Notes: generated by a model not told the origin, from the letters alone. Positions 1-12,770 are shown, numbered from the stretch's first letter. The stretch: DNA of 64,000 nucleotides from Laetmonice hystrix (GCA_965235115.1 OZ249436.1:38442001-38506000); one strand, 5' to 3'. Numbers and translations are program-made.

Positions 1-679
1 TATACTGACAAGAAAGGGGCGAAATAACGAAGACTGGGAAGAGAAAAAAATCTCAACAACGAAGCCAGAGTTTTGGACGGTTTTGGATACTAGGCCTATA
101 GTGTTAATATTGCAAAGCATTGATGCACGGTGAATGTGCCGGCGTCGGAAAAGACCAATTTTCCTTTCAATGTGACTTGTGTTAAAAAGTTTTGATCATA
201 GAGTCTAAGCATTGCAAAGGTGTCCCCGGGAAAACATGTACAAATTTATTCCGCCGCACAGTCTTGTAGGCCCTGCTTGCCGCTAACAGGATTGTGGACC
301 CATTTCTTAAGTCTACGGAAAGAGAAAAAGAGTCCACAATCCGTCTCCAACCGTCTACTATAGACGGTCCGTCCTGGGGAGTAGGCTATAGGAACACTGG
401 TAGCATTTACTCGTGAGAACTTTCGTTGTTGTGGTAAAAGTAAGACAGATTATAAAATTTAGTAGGCCTACAGTTGTGGTTGCGTCAACATGTGTGAAAT
501 TAAAGTGCTGCATGCATCATAAGGCATTAAACGTTTGGTATTCTTGCAATTTAGACCTAGGCCTATGTCGGAGGTTACTGACAATGGACTTTAGATCTAT
601 CTCATACAAAACTATAGATCAATTTGAAAAAAATGGGACCCCGACACTACTACCTAAATGACAGCCCCGTTGACATTTA

Positions 680-1476
680 GAGTAACACGGGGCAAGACGC
701 CCACCCGGGGTAAAAGGCCCAGTCCCTATATCTGCCATCTGGTGCATAATGCAAACATTGTTGGAACATGATACAGGTTCTGCCATCTGTCGTTTCATTC
801 TTCTGAAATTCCAGGTAGGCGTCATTACACGTTAAAATTTTATGCGCATTTTTTGTATTTTGTGTCATTTCTTGTAAAATCGAGGGGTAGAAACATAGTT
901 AACCTGCTCCATAAAGTGCTCAAGTTGTTTCTGAAATGGAATAGATGTATTGTTTTGAATGTTTTCTTTGAGTTTAGATCAGATTCTGAGGAGAGTAATG
1001 GGGTGATAATGAGAGACTCTACGTCATTCGTCATGATATCCTCTGGGGCAAAAAGCCCACAATGTGTTGGGCCCAGTGTGGGCCTTTTGCCTCACTAGGG
1101 GCCTTTTGCCCCAGTGATGGTGTTAAGGACTTCGGATTAATGGTTTTCTCATAATCTATTACTTTCATATGGTTTTCGGCATAAAAACAACTTTTAACTT
1201 ATTCGGAAGCGTTATTTTTAAAAAATAGAAGGGTGGGCGTTTTACCCCTGGGAGGTGGGCCTTTTGCCTCGGCGTTGGGGCAAAAGGCCCTTTTTGGAGA
1301 AAATATTTCATTGACTCCCATGAACAGACGTATCATTGTTTCTAAGATTTAATGCATCCGATTTCTAGGAATAAGCATTCACATTTCCCATTATATACAA
1401 TTCAATCAAAAGAATTGATTATTTAGTGTGCTATGAGCAAAGCTGCTTAAGGTGGGCGTCTTGCCCCATGTTACTC
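680..1476. mobile_element. Tc1/mariner(pogo)-type MITE with TA target-site duplication
   Basis: TIR GAGTAACACGGGGCAAGACGCCCACC (680) vs GGTGGGCGTCTTGCCCCATGTTACTC (ends 1476), 1 mismatch. TA on both flanks. Internal GGGGCAAAAGGCCC-like subterminal motifs. Confidence 0.85.
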
Positions 1477-1478
1477 TA

Positions 1479-1845
1479 CCTGTTAGTCTGGACCTAAAGT
1501 GGACCGGTCCAACACCCCCAGAAGGAGGTGATCTCGGTGCGGACCGAGGACGGTACCCCGCCCATAAGTGGCAGTGTAAACGTGTCACACATGGTACCGG
1601 GTCCAGTCAACTTGTCTGAGACAGTACTGCACATGCGCGCAATTCGGTCCGGTCCGAGCACGGTCCACTTGAAGTGGACCGTGATGTAAACGCGGCGAGT
1701 GAGGTTTCCGGTCGTGACTCGAGGCGACTCATCGTCCCCGGCCCAGATACAAACTGTGTAGTGTAAACGGTGCCACTCAGGTGAACCCGGTCCGGTCCGA
1801 GCACGGTCCATGCAGTTGAAGTAGACCATAATGTAAAGGCGGCTA
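1479..1845. mobile_element. Decayed GC-rich MITE remnant (PIF/Harbinger-like), possibly interrupted by the 680-1476 MITE
   Basis: Repeated GTGTAAACG and CGGTCCGGTCCGAGCACGGTCCA motifs. Right end ATGTAAAGGCGGCTA weakly mirrors CAGCCCCGTTGACAT at ~662. Confidence 0.4.
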
Positions 1846-1895
1846 TACGATGCTCATATTACCATCCATTTGTCTTCCATACATCTACATTATAA

Positions 1896-2330
1896 ACGGT
1901 TAATGGTAATATGGGCACACTGTTCGATTATCAATATTCGAATGTGGTTACTAATGTAGGTCTGCTGAAATTCTAGAATTGGATCATGTTGTGGTCTGTT
2001 AAATTTGGGGGAAAGCGGTTTTAGGTTTCAACAGTACTCCTTTCTATAACAAATCAATATAGGTAATATGAGCATCCCGTTGAGAGTGTAATATGAGCAC
2101 GGGTGCCCATATTTCCCACGCTCTTGGGTAATATGGGCATGTTTGACAAAATTTTATATCTTCGATTTTTAAAAAAAGCGAACAGTAAAAACGTTTATGA
2201 ATAGCTTATGTTCTTGAGAAATCAAAACGGTTTCATATAAACTTTAGACGGATGTAGGCCTACTATCATACGTTTCTTTCATTCGATAACCAAATGTAAA
2301 AAGGGTGCCCATATTACCCGACCTTACCCT
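1896..2330. mobile_element. Partial Tc1/pogo-type MITE
   Basis: Several GTAATATG(G/A)GCA motifs in both orientations. Right terminus GTGCCCATATTACCCCGACCTTACCC-TA; left terminus degraded. Confidence 0.45.
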
Positions 2331-4425
2331 AATTGACTGTTATTATACCGTGAAATGAAAACGATACCGTAAATGGTAACTTCTACGCTGTGCTGTGAAC
2401 ACTGTGCTGTGTGCTCTGACACCAGGTGCCTCCCGCTTTATGTGCAGATTTTGCACATAGCCGGAAGTGAGCCTTAAAGCCGCTCAAGCTTCACTGTCCT
2501 CACCAATTTTGTCAGCCAAACTTTAACGGCTGGGTCACCCGTGTTCTATTTATAGCGCACGCGGCTCTGCCTCTGCCGCGGCATGGATAACGCTGCTGAG
2601 GTTGGCGCCGGCTGCACCGTCTCAGCCAGCTCACCTCAGTTGTCCACAGTCACGGAGGCAGATAGCCTGTATCGTGTCTGTCCAAAGATCGATCGTTACC
2701 CTCTGTGGCAGCATAAGCTTTTACAAGTTGTCATGACGAAGGTGTACCTAACATAGGCCTAATAAAGTTACAGCAAAACTATAACGTATTACCTCACACT
2801 GGCGGATCGAAGGGGGGGGGGGCTCCCCAAAGCAATTGACCCCCCCCCCCCCCCTGAACGTTCTGATGTGACCATGCTGAACCCCCAACCCCAAAACCAA
2901 TTCTTCCCCTAACCCCCCCCCCCCCCCCCCACATCCACACACACACACACACACACACCTTACAAGGTTACCTGGATCCGCTCCTGGGTTAGGCCTAAAA
3001 TAATTAGAAACCTTGGACTTGGTATGAGGTACCACTTGGTTTCCAAACACCACTTCCAATGCCACAGACAGTGAGTGGCCCCACTGGGCCACCTGCTGAT
3101 TTATTACCACTAGGGGACAAGCTCTGGGGTTGGGTGGGGTGGGGTGGGGTGGGGTGGGGTGGGGATTTCCCATTGCAGGCACTAATCTTCTGAGAATCAC
3201 GCGCCAAATGAGATGCTGCATGTTGACCCCAATAGGCCTACTCCACTACACTAGACTGCAATTCCGTCAGACGGAGACAAAGTTCACAGGGTGAGTAAAT
3301 AGTCCACTTGTTTCCTTTTTCACAATAAATAAACCTCAAGAGTTGCAACATATGTGAAAGACACAAGAAATGTACCATGTATGGTAAATAGGGTTGTAAC
3401 AATAAATTCAGACCAGGGTCAAGTTATATATTATTTCATGTATCACAACCAACCCTCATCTGAGCAAGTTTGACTGCATGCTGACGATTCTGTAAACCCC
3501 ATATAGATGTCTGTAAAGGAATCAATAAAATATAATATCTGATTAATGGTTTAATGAACATTTCGTGCAAAACAAGTATATCCTGAACTTCTCTTCTAAA
3601 AAGTGCTAAATAAAAATACTAGGTCGAAAGAATAAAAATACCGGTATATAGCGTTAATTGGCTTGCCTTTTAAAAGCTCATTTGAGATCTGATGGGCTGT
3701 CCATATACAGAGCCAAGTTACAAGAGCCAAAATACCGAAAGATGGACTACTGACAAATACCCTACTGACATACATGTATTATAAAACTATGTCATATTTA
3801 AAGAGGCATTTAGTATCAATTCAGAAATATTATATGTCAAAATGTTTATCTAAAGTAACGACATATTTATACCGTAAAAAAGAAAGAAAAGGGAGATATT
3901 TTCAATGAAAAATATTCTTTTCAAAAACTACTGTTCAGCATCAATTAAAGAAATTGTATACTTAAAAATTGTATCAGTGGTCACTGATAGAGATTTATTT
4001 CAGCACTGTGCCGTCAAATACACTACTGCTGTGCTTCTTTACATCAGACAGCATTAAAGCTATGCCAAGCATGATACATAAATAGTATGAAGTTTGCTTG
4101 GCATAGTCTGAACCTAAAAAAAATTAAGATATATTACATGTAGTCAATTAGTTGATTGACTTATACTAATGATGTAGGTAAGATGAGCTACATGAAGTCC
4201 AACGCGGGACAATTAATGTCAAACGCACATTTATTGTTCCATATCCTGTTGAAGAAATGGCTTTAGTATCTAAGTTACTGTGCATTATTACTGAAGTACC
4301 TGAAGATATATGTCGTTTAGTATGTAATGCAAAACATTTTTCCCCTGGTGTTATTTCAACTAAAAAAAGTAACCTTTCGTCTAAACCCAACGATATTGAA
4401 TGCACACGGAAATATCATATTCCAG

Positions 4426-7047
4426 ATGGCTGCCAGACACCTCGACATGGAGGAACCCTGTTTCTGCAGAAACACCTGTGGTAGAGGGACGAAGAGGGGT
4501 GCTTGTCCCTGTTTGGCACGGGCAGACTTTTGCACGGATGCATGTGGCTGTGGGACAGCGAAAATGTGCTGTACCAACAAACCTCATGGAGGAGGTATTT
4601 TGTGCAAGGAGTTGGGAATCGAGCCTGCCAAGTCAGAAGATGAGAAAGAGGTGGATGATGACGACTGCGATGTAAATGCTCTTTTTTTTATAATTATCAT
4701 GCTTACCCCGATACAATTAGGATATTAGCATAATTTATGAATGATACCTGTATAAAATATACAGTTTAGAATATGATAGCAACTTTTGCAAGTAAGAATA
4801 CATGTATATAATAACGTGTTATTAAAATAGTAAGCATGGTAACACAATATCTGTTATTAGCAGTAGCGGTCCGCCCCGGGTGGGGCATCGTGGGGCTAGG
4901 GGTGGGGCATCGTCATGCAGAGTTAAAGGCTAAATTTTACAAGCCATATATAGTGTATTAATTTTTCAAAATTTTCATTTGGGCGGGGAGGGGGGGGGGG
5001 GGGGGGTTAGCACTGTCATAGATGATATGCGAATCTTTTTTCACTGCCCTTTTCCATGTTCACACACTGAGTCCAAGGAGAAGTGTAATATGCTTCTGTC
5101 TGTTGACATGCTTCTTTTGCAGTATCTGGTATACTTTGCTGACGAGGACAGCATTGTCAGTGTTGACAGCAACTTGCACAATCAAAGTCTGCAGGAAGCA
5201 GCAGAAAATTGCGTAAGTTAGTATTATGAACAGTTAATTAACTTAAAACACAAAGTACGGAATCCAGAACATATCTAAAAATAATATTATAGCTCCGTAA
5301 TTACACCTTACTTTGAGGTCACTTTGAGGACCAATTTTTTTAAGTCATTTTCTGTCCACAGTTTGGCAGAACTTAAGAATCAAACTGTAAAATGTACAAC
5401 CTGGATCAGATAAAATAATAATCAGTCGTCATTAGCAACGTATTTACAGACGAACAATCACGCTTCTAGTGTTTCACCATATGAATCTTATTCACAGTAC
5501 ATATTATCTGGTACATGTATGTAAAATTCTTATCCGTTTCAGCCAAAAGAAATCACCAAAAATGCAAGTTTTCAGGAGGTATGTACACTATCATTCCAAA
5601 CATAGTTAGTGGAATTTTTCTTATTCATCTAGCCCTTTCTTTTATTTCAAACAATTAATAATGTTACTATGCCTCAACAGCTTTTTAAACCATAATTCCA
5701 GTTGGATCATCTGAAGAAAATACTGAAAATGGTACTTCTTTTTTAGAACCCAGCAGAAGTGTGCGTTTCTGAAGCTGATGTGCCTAGTTCAGGGGTACGT
5801 GATTTGGTTCTGTTCTTTATTTAAAATACCCAGAGATATTCAAGCCACGCCAATTATCTTTTCTCCCTGTGGCAAAGACCAATGCTGCCATCATCTTGCA
5901 TTATATTAAATATAATGTGCTGGTAATAAATAAGTTCTCATTATTAAAACGATGGCACCACAAGGTGGCTTAAACAACCACATTGTTTGATTTCCTTAAC
6001 ATATGAAGGGTGTGTTCCCACATTTTACACCCGTACACAGTGTTATGTGTTTCTGGACAGCAATATATGTCACAAAGATGTGTAAAACTGTTTCCAGAAC
6101 TTTGCGATGTCAGTCTCACAGACTGCCACTGAGCATCATCATCATCAACATCATGTAAGAATTACACACTAGTAATACAAAGCACCATTTATGCAATTGT
6201 AACATCCTATAGCCACAATCTCATGCAGTTAAAATAATATTCTACTCCTGAGATAACTTTAGTCTTAATGAGGAGATTACGTCAGATATACTGTGACTTT
6301 TAAAAGTCAGTAAGTCAATTCCCTTACTCCACAGAAAAAATATCAAGTTCCAACTTCTTGCAGAGAAATAAATTGTCTCATTAATCTTCTCAGCTCATCT
6401 TAGAACCTCTGTGTCATGTGGGCGTCTTTTCCCGATGGACAAGCATTCTATCTTTATTCAAACGATCCACCCGTTTATCATAAACTCGAAATTGGAATTG
6501 TCAATTAAAAGTGACCTTTTTTCTTCCAAACTAGGCCGGTCTACAAATTATGAGCAAGCAACAGCTTGTTGAGCATCTGGATAAAGTGTTGCAGCTCTAT
6601 CCCGAGTTGTCTTCATTGATCTTTGGCATCCGCCATATGGACCCAGAGGGCGAACCACCAGTTCCACCTTCGCAGTTACCTTTTTGCAAGTGTGGAAGGT
6701 GCATTCAGATGCCCACTGAGCAAGAGCAAGTTTGTTGTAGACGCCGTTCCTATGGCCCCTGCATCACAGTGACGGCAAATGAGGCATTAATGAAAATTGT
6801 TCTAGATCGGGAGGCACTCCAGGTTGCAATCTGCAACAGAAATGACATTTATGCAGGAAATGACGACGTCAACTGCATGGAGACACTGCGACACACTGCA
6901 TACAGGCAGTATGTCTTGTGGAAATTGGGAAAGCTGGGAGCAGGAAACAGAGTTGTTGTATCGAGCTGCGTCGTCGCTTGCATAAGACGTAAATATCCCG
7001 CACCGGATGGAGTCTATGTTGGCTTTATCCCAAGTCGACTAAACTAA
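4426..7047 (+). CDS. KolX / P2X7 intracellular (ballast) domain-like protein with N-terminal CXC-like Cys cluster, ~329 aa
   Basis: Exons 4426-4671, 5123-5212, 5543-5578, 5747-5794, 6098-6154, 6535-7047; all GT-AG phase-0 introns; 990 nt open. C-terminal motifs CKCGRC..MPT..E..CC, RHTAYRQY..W..GKLGAGNR..SCVV..IRRKYP..G.YVGF are typical of P2X7-C/KolX/nanor proteins. The small middle exons are inferred from splice signals only. A possible upstream exon at 2583-2741 is unconfirmed. Confidence 0.85.
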
Positions 7048-7138
7048 TCTTATAAGCCCTACCAGTATTTTATTTATGTTAACTTGCTGCTGCTCTTTCT
7101 ATTTCTGACTTCCCAGCATTTGGAGTTGGCCACAGGCT

Positions 7139-10100
7139 TTACTCTTTCATCATAGCATTCCTAGCTTCCCTTTGGTCGATTAGTTGCTGTTTGGGTGGCT
7201 TTGGCTTCGCTGCTATAGTAGGTTGTAGCTTCCTTGGGTCCTCTGGGTCAACCCATGCTTTGGCAGAAAGAGGTTCGGTGGCACCAACACGTTCATTCAT
7301 AATGATAAAGATCAAGTCGTCAATATGCGCATAGGCCTTCTGGACCTTGACAGCTTGTGCAGTCCACTGTTTGGTGGCCTTACTGTAGTTTGTCGAGTAC
7401 CTATATGTAACAGATATTGAACTTCTTTTTGCATACAGTTGCAAACAAAATGTAAATTTGCATTGGTGAAAAGTCATTCTTGAATGTTTTTTAAGTATCT
7501 CATTATTATATAATGTACTGTATTTACAAGTGCTGGACACTAAGAGAGATTTCTAGGCATTGATGAGTACCATATTAATGAAGATATCTGATTGTGTTAC
7601 CTTGGTTTGCCATCTTTGTCAACAGCTTGACTTCTACCGATGTGTTCGTTGTAGTCAATTACTGCCAGCATGTTTCGAATTTTGTAGCCTTCGTAGCTTT
7701 AGATGAAAGTACATATGGATATGATAAATGTTAGCTGTTCTTTCAATGTACATAAAGTACAATGGGTATTATCCTCTTACAGACATAAACAGGGTAGACT
7801 CATCATACAAAACAGTGCATTGTAGCTCAGTGCACTACTTTAGTACCTAACATAAGCACAGCCATACTTTGTGGCAACTGAATCTATAGTATCAATAGCA
7901 GGTCCTTTCCAATCAGCTATTGAGAACCAAGCTCCCCACCCCTTTTATCATGCCCCTGAGTTGGGAACCCCTTCTGTATACCATCTAGTCATGTCTCTCG
8001 AATATGGACAACATTATTACTGGACACCTACCTGTAAGCATGCCTCTTTGGACAATACATGAGCAGGTGACTGTTGAAGAGTTCAAGGTCACTGGTGTGG
8101 CTAAATGAGAATGAAAACGTCATGTATTGGTAATGTACCTGTTTTATCATGGTAGCAGTATATTAGGAAGACCAATATTCAGCTTTGCTAAAAATTGAAG
8201 GCACATTACAAGAAAAATATGACATGTTCATAATAGTTAACAGTTTCACATGTAACTTTTGCCTTGTGATTGTAGCTTAGAAGTTATAATATATACCGGT
8301 AGTTGCAGATGTATACCATCTTCTCCAGCAATTTCTTGTCAAAGATGACATTTTTCAGGGCATGGTATGGTCGTGACATGGACTGGATCCAAGGTTTGTG
8401 ACTTGCAGTTACAGGGACATCATGGTTACATGTGACCCTCTGGCCTGATTTGTCCAGCCATTCATGTTTGTTGCATACATGATGGATTACTGATGTCCAA
8501 GTGTCCTGATGGAATAAAAGAACATATTGTATGTTGGATTAATTGAGGATGGAGGATGCATCCAGATTATTCTAATCTTGCTTATTGTAGAGGAGAACAT
8601 GTAATTTGCTGAAGCCATATTTCACTCTCAAGTATTTATGAAGTTCATAGTAATAATAGGAGAAATACTGTTATCTTGCCATACACATGTAGGCCTATGA
8701 TATTCTTTGTATTTATCATTGTTTTTGGGAAATGCTTCCTGTTTTCTCTTTCTGAGTCTAAAATAAACATACACTGTACATACATAAATTTGGGATATTT
8801 GTTCATAGTTTATATTGTATAATGATGATAACCATGACATTCAAATCAATGTCCTCGTAAAATATTTTTACAAATAAGTACAAATTCCAAACATATCCAA
8901 AGATATGTATAGTTGCCTCCCTGGGAAATCACCAACACTGTATAGCAGGGAACAATGTGAATACCTACTTTCAGGATGTTCACATCTCCTGCACATTTCT
9001 GGGCTGCATACCACAGATGGTTCTTTATGACGGGAGTCCACGTATGGATTACCTTGCACCCTTTCTGGTTTCCAGCCTGTAGCATATTCAATTAGATGCA
9101 CTTTTTCCTTATGGTACTAACCATACAATACTATTAAATCATAATAAGATTTTGATGGCATATTTTTCAAGGGGAAAATGCTACCTATAGTCACATTTTA
9201 CATCATAAAGAAGTAACTGATGTAATTTTGTACTTGCTATATAGGCTATATGTAGTTAAGCAATGTAAGTGATACAAAAAAGTTGATTAATTATTATTTG
9301 AGAAGCCTTTGTGTTATAGTTAGGACTCACCTCGACTAACTTTTTTGTCAGAGTTCTGGCCACATGCCACATGTCAAACTGATGTTGAACATCTTTATAC
9401 CTTGGATCCTTTTCTGAAAAAATAAGAGTTTATATAAAAATCCAATCTGGAATTAGCAAAATATATAAAAGGATCATGGGCCTAAAATAATAGTTACGAA
9501 AGTTTCACAATCATAATATTTTAAGTTGTCAAGTTTCTCATACTCATTAGAGCCTTGATTTGGGGGTGAGCGTCGGTTACAACTTCAGCCACAGACTTCT
9601 TTGCCATAACCGCTTCCATTGCTCGAATAAATCCAAGCTTCTCCATATTTGGACTCTTCAATTCTGCCTCCCGACAGTCAACAACTTGGAGAGCAACCAC
9701 AGACTTTGTGGAGACATCCATCAGGGAATATGTTGTGTACTTGGCACAGTAACCGGGTGAATCACTTCGGCCATCTCCAGCCAGTACGAGTGGATCATGG
9801 ATGTTCTTGTACAGTTTCTCCTGCATTCCTTGCCAGTATGTCTTAACAGCTGGAGCTATGTATTTGTTTTGTATTCTGTAAACCAATTCAATAGAAATTA
9901 TTCACCAAGTACCTAAAAAAATTCAAATTTTACACATTATTATAATAGAGCTGGGAAAAGCTTATACAGTCAGAGAATTGGTTGTTTTGCACAAGTTACC
10001 AGTACTACAATCTAAAAGAGTTACTCTACCTGTAGAAACTGGCTTCTCCTATAAATCCCAGTTTCAGGAACTTGGCAAAGAGTCCAAGCTTGTGATGGCT

Positions 10101-12310
10101 ATTTCCAGACAGGAGGATGCATGATGATGTTAACAGGTTGCCGGCATACATCCCCTGAAATCGAGGCTGTGAGGCCCAGCTTCCTGTGGTGTGACCAACA
10201 CCGCCCTCCTTGCACTGCCACTTCACAACAAGGCAGGTGCCCTTGAGAACTGGGTTGAACACAAGGGCCGTCCTGCACTTGTTGCATCGACCTCCAACAG
10301 CCTTCTGGACAATGTTGAGAAGACACTCATTAAAGGCAATGCATTTGTTGGATCGCTGGATAGCTCGCATTGACATGCTGACTGAGATGTTTCCCTTTAA
10401 TGTGATGGTATCGTCCTCATCCTCTTCATCCCAGTCGGGGTCAAATGCAACGTTTGTTACATCCAGGTCCCTGTGTAAAATTTAAAATTTATAATCAAGT
10501 GTTTCTTACATAATATTATACTAGCAAAATAAAGTTGTTTGTTATATATAATACCTATTGAATATTTTGTTATGTATAGGAGTGCTTTTTAACAGAACTG
10601 ATACATGTTTGCTTTTTTAATATGATTAATAAATTATTACACATGGAATATATCTTTTGAGGCAAGACCTCGGGACACAGGCACAATCTTTAAGTATCAT
10701 CAATTGAGTAGTTAACATGAATGCACTTACTGAATTTCTTCTTCTTCTTCCCCAGAATCATCTGACTTCACCCCTTTGTAGGGTGTGGATGTCATCCCCT
10801 TAGACAATGGAATGACAAAGTCCTTAATGAAAGGACTCTGACATTCATCCCTGAAAGTCAACAAAAGGATACTGGACTGTGGACATGAATGTAGTTTGGT
10901 CCTTTTTTAAATGAGTCAGACTGACAGATACATATGCTTACATGGGCTGGCTGTATTATATGTCAGGTTGATATCTAGAAATTAGGATTATAAATAATCA
11001 ATTGTGAAATTGTATATGTATCCATATATTGTCTATGTTACAGTCCACTTATTTGTATGGTGCTTCTTACGTTTGGCCTAAGGTTTAGTAATAATAATTC
11101 AGGGAACCAAGAAGATGTCGTTGGGTACTTTGGAGATGAAATTAACCTAGACAGAAAAACAGGTGTTTTATGTACCAGTTAATTTATGAGGTACCCTGTC
11201 ATAAATTAACGGAAAACATACTTTTTTTTGTGCTTTCGCTGTGGGGTACCTGGGACAAACTCCAGGCTCATGTCAGGCTCATTTTCTGGGATGTCCCTAT
11301 AAATTACAAAGTTAACAAAAAATGACAGTTCACAATCATTCCGACATAGTTAGGATATTCAACTGTTATTCAGATGAATTGTCAATGTCAAACAGCCCCA
11401 GCTGAGGCCCCCTACAAAAAGCCGGCACCTCTCTTAGCTGCCTGTATCAGTTTAAGCATTAAGTGAGCGTGACCGGCAACTGGCCCACCCCAGGCAGGCT
11501 TGGGGGCTCATTTTGCAGCGGGCTCAAGCCTCAAGTGACGTAATACCGACTATAGCAAGCATGGCAGAGCAGGGGGTGAGGGGGGGGGGGGCTACAGCTC
11601 CCAATAATTTCAGGTAAAAAAAAATTCCCCAGAGCTGCCGGGGCCTAGGCCCCACAGAGACCCTGCCCCAAGTGGCCCAAGTGCTGTCATAGTGTAGCCC
11701 CCCCCCCCCCCCCAATCCGAAATTGCTTCCGCCATGCCTGTACTAGTGTAGGCCTATAAATTGGTATATGGTAGTAGAGTCTAGACTCTAGTAGAGTTAA
11801 CTGACTAACTGTCTGAATATCGTTTCCCGTGGATTTATCTTTAGAACTTTAGTCTAGTAGTAGTAGATCATGAGATGGACATATATAATACATAGGACAT
11901 GATAGGTAACGTTAGTCATAGAATCTAGAATGATAGTGATACTGATAGACATAACGTTAGACATAGGCCTACCCTAGTACGTGTCAAATCGACAAATAGT
12001 CACGAACTGTGTGTGACGAAGGAAATCATACTTACTCAAACAGCGTTTCTTCCGAAATTCTTATATTGCGATTCTTAGCTGCTGTAGCTTTCACGCCTTT
12101 AAAGTTGTCACAATACGTTTCATGGATGGCGAGAAGGTGCTTGGCAAAGTCTTGATGGCTGTCACCACAAACCCGTCTCTGTTGTTCCCAACGCTCGTAC
12201 GTGGATCCAAGATGAATCCGCGTTTGCCATGACCTGCGCCTCTGTTCTTTCCGTACTGAATCTCTCTCTTCATCTGTAGCATATTTCCGTTTTCGCTTTC
12301 TTCCAGACAT
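7139..12310 (-). CDS. Kolobok-type DDE transposase, 664 aa, 10 exons, intact frame
   Basis: Exons (minus) 12310-12036, 10850-10731, 10470-10030, 9875-9544, 9413-9331, 9076-8969, 8505-8297, 8100-8032, 7696-7601, 7400-7139. All GT-AG and phase-compatible; total 1995 nt. Motifs: AGDGRSDSPGYCAKY (D1), VVTDAHPQI (D2), FDMWH, HHVCNKHEW..CNH (H2CH-type Zn site), RHTSDLELFNS..MYCPKR (E), LAVIDYNEH. N-terminal RKRKRK NLS-like run. Confidence 0.9.
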
Positions 12311-12770
12311 GACGTGGTCTTGGAGAAAATGTCCGAGTTTCGTTGTAAACAACTTTGCGCGCGATTGAAACCGCAAAAAGACCGGAAGTTATCACGAGTC
12401 GAAAATGGCAACAGTTGTTTGTTATTTATAGTTACAACCTGCTCAGTTCGCGTATACGACAGTGGTGGCGCTTTAGCATATTAGTTCTCACTGTTATTCG
12501 CAAGGTGGCGCGCGTACTCGAACGAGAAGCATTCGTGAGGAGCGAACCCCTTTAACACTCTGACATAAGATCAATGAAGAGAGATGGCGCTGCGGTAGGA
12601 GAATGGTCGTGAGCGTGAGAGTGCGGTTTCATTAGGCGCCATCTGACGGAATCCACATGAACTGCACATCCGCTCGTTTCCGGAAGTGCCGCTCTTGCAT
12701 TCTGGGTAGGCCGACATCGGGCAAGGAAGACAGAGCGACAGAGCGAAGGCTCAAGGGCAAACTGTAAACC
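12311..12770. promoter_or_regulatory. Putative bidirectional promoter between the transposase and COX5A
   Basis: Divergent ATGs 460 bp apart in CpG-rich sequence. ETS/GABP-like CCGGAAGT at ~12382 and ~12680. YY1-like AGATGGCG (~12583) and CGCCATCT (~12637). ZNF143/Staf-like GCATTCTGGGTA (~12697). Confidence 0.6.

Larger units (their letters stand above)
2478..12551. mobile_element. Kolobok-superfamily DNA transposon or Kolobok-derived locus: convergent transposase + KolX genes; boundaries tentative
   Basis: The tail-to-tail DDE transposase + P2X7-C-terminal-like gene pair is the known Kolobok1 layout. Candidate ends are TTAA|AGCC (TTAA 2474-2477) and CCCCT|TTAA (TTAA 12552-12555), fitting RR..YY termini and a TTAA TSD. 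The two ends match only weakly (TCCTCACCAAT vs TCCTCACGAAT). Confidence 0.6.

Noticed and set aside
11071..11146. Possible additional transposase exon (AG..GTAAG bounded)
   Set aside because: 76 nt would shift the frame; the flanking exons join in phase without it.
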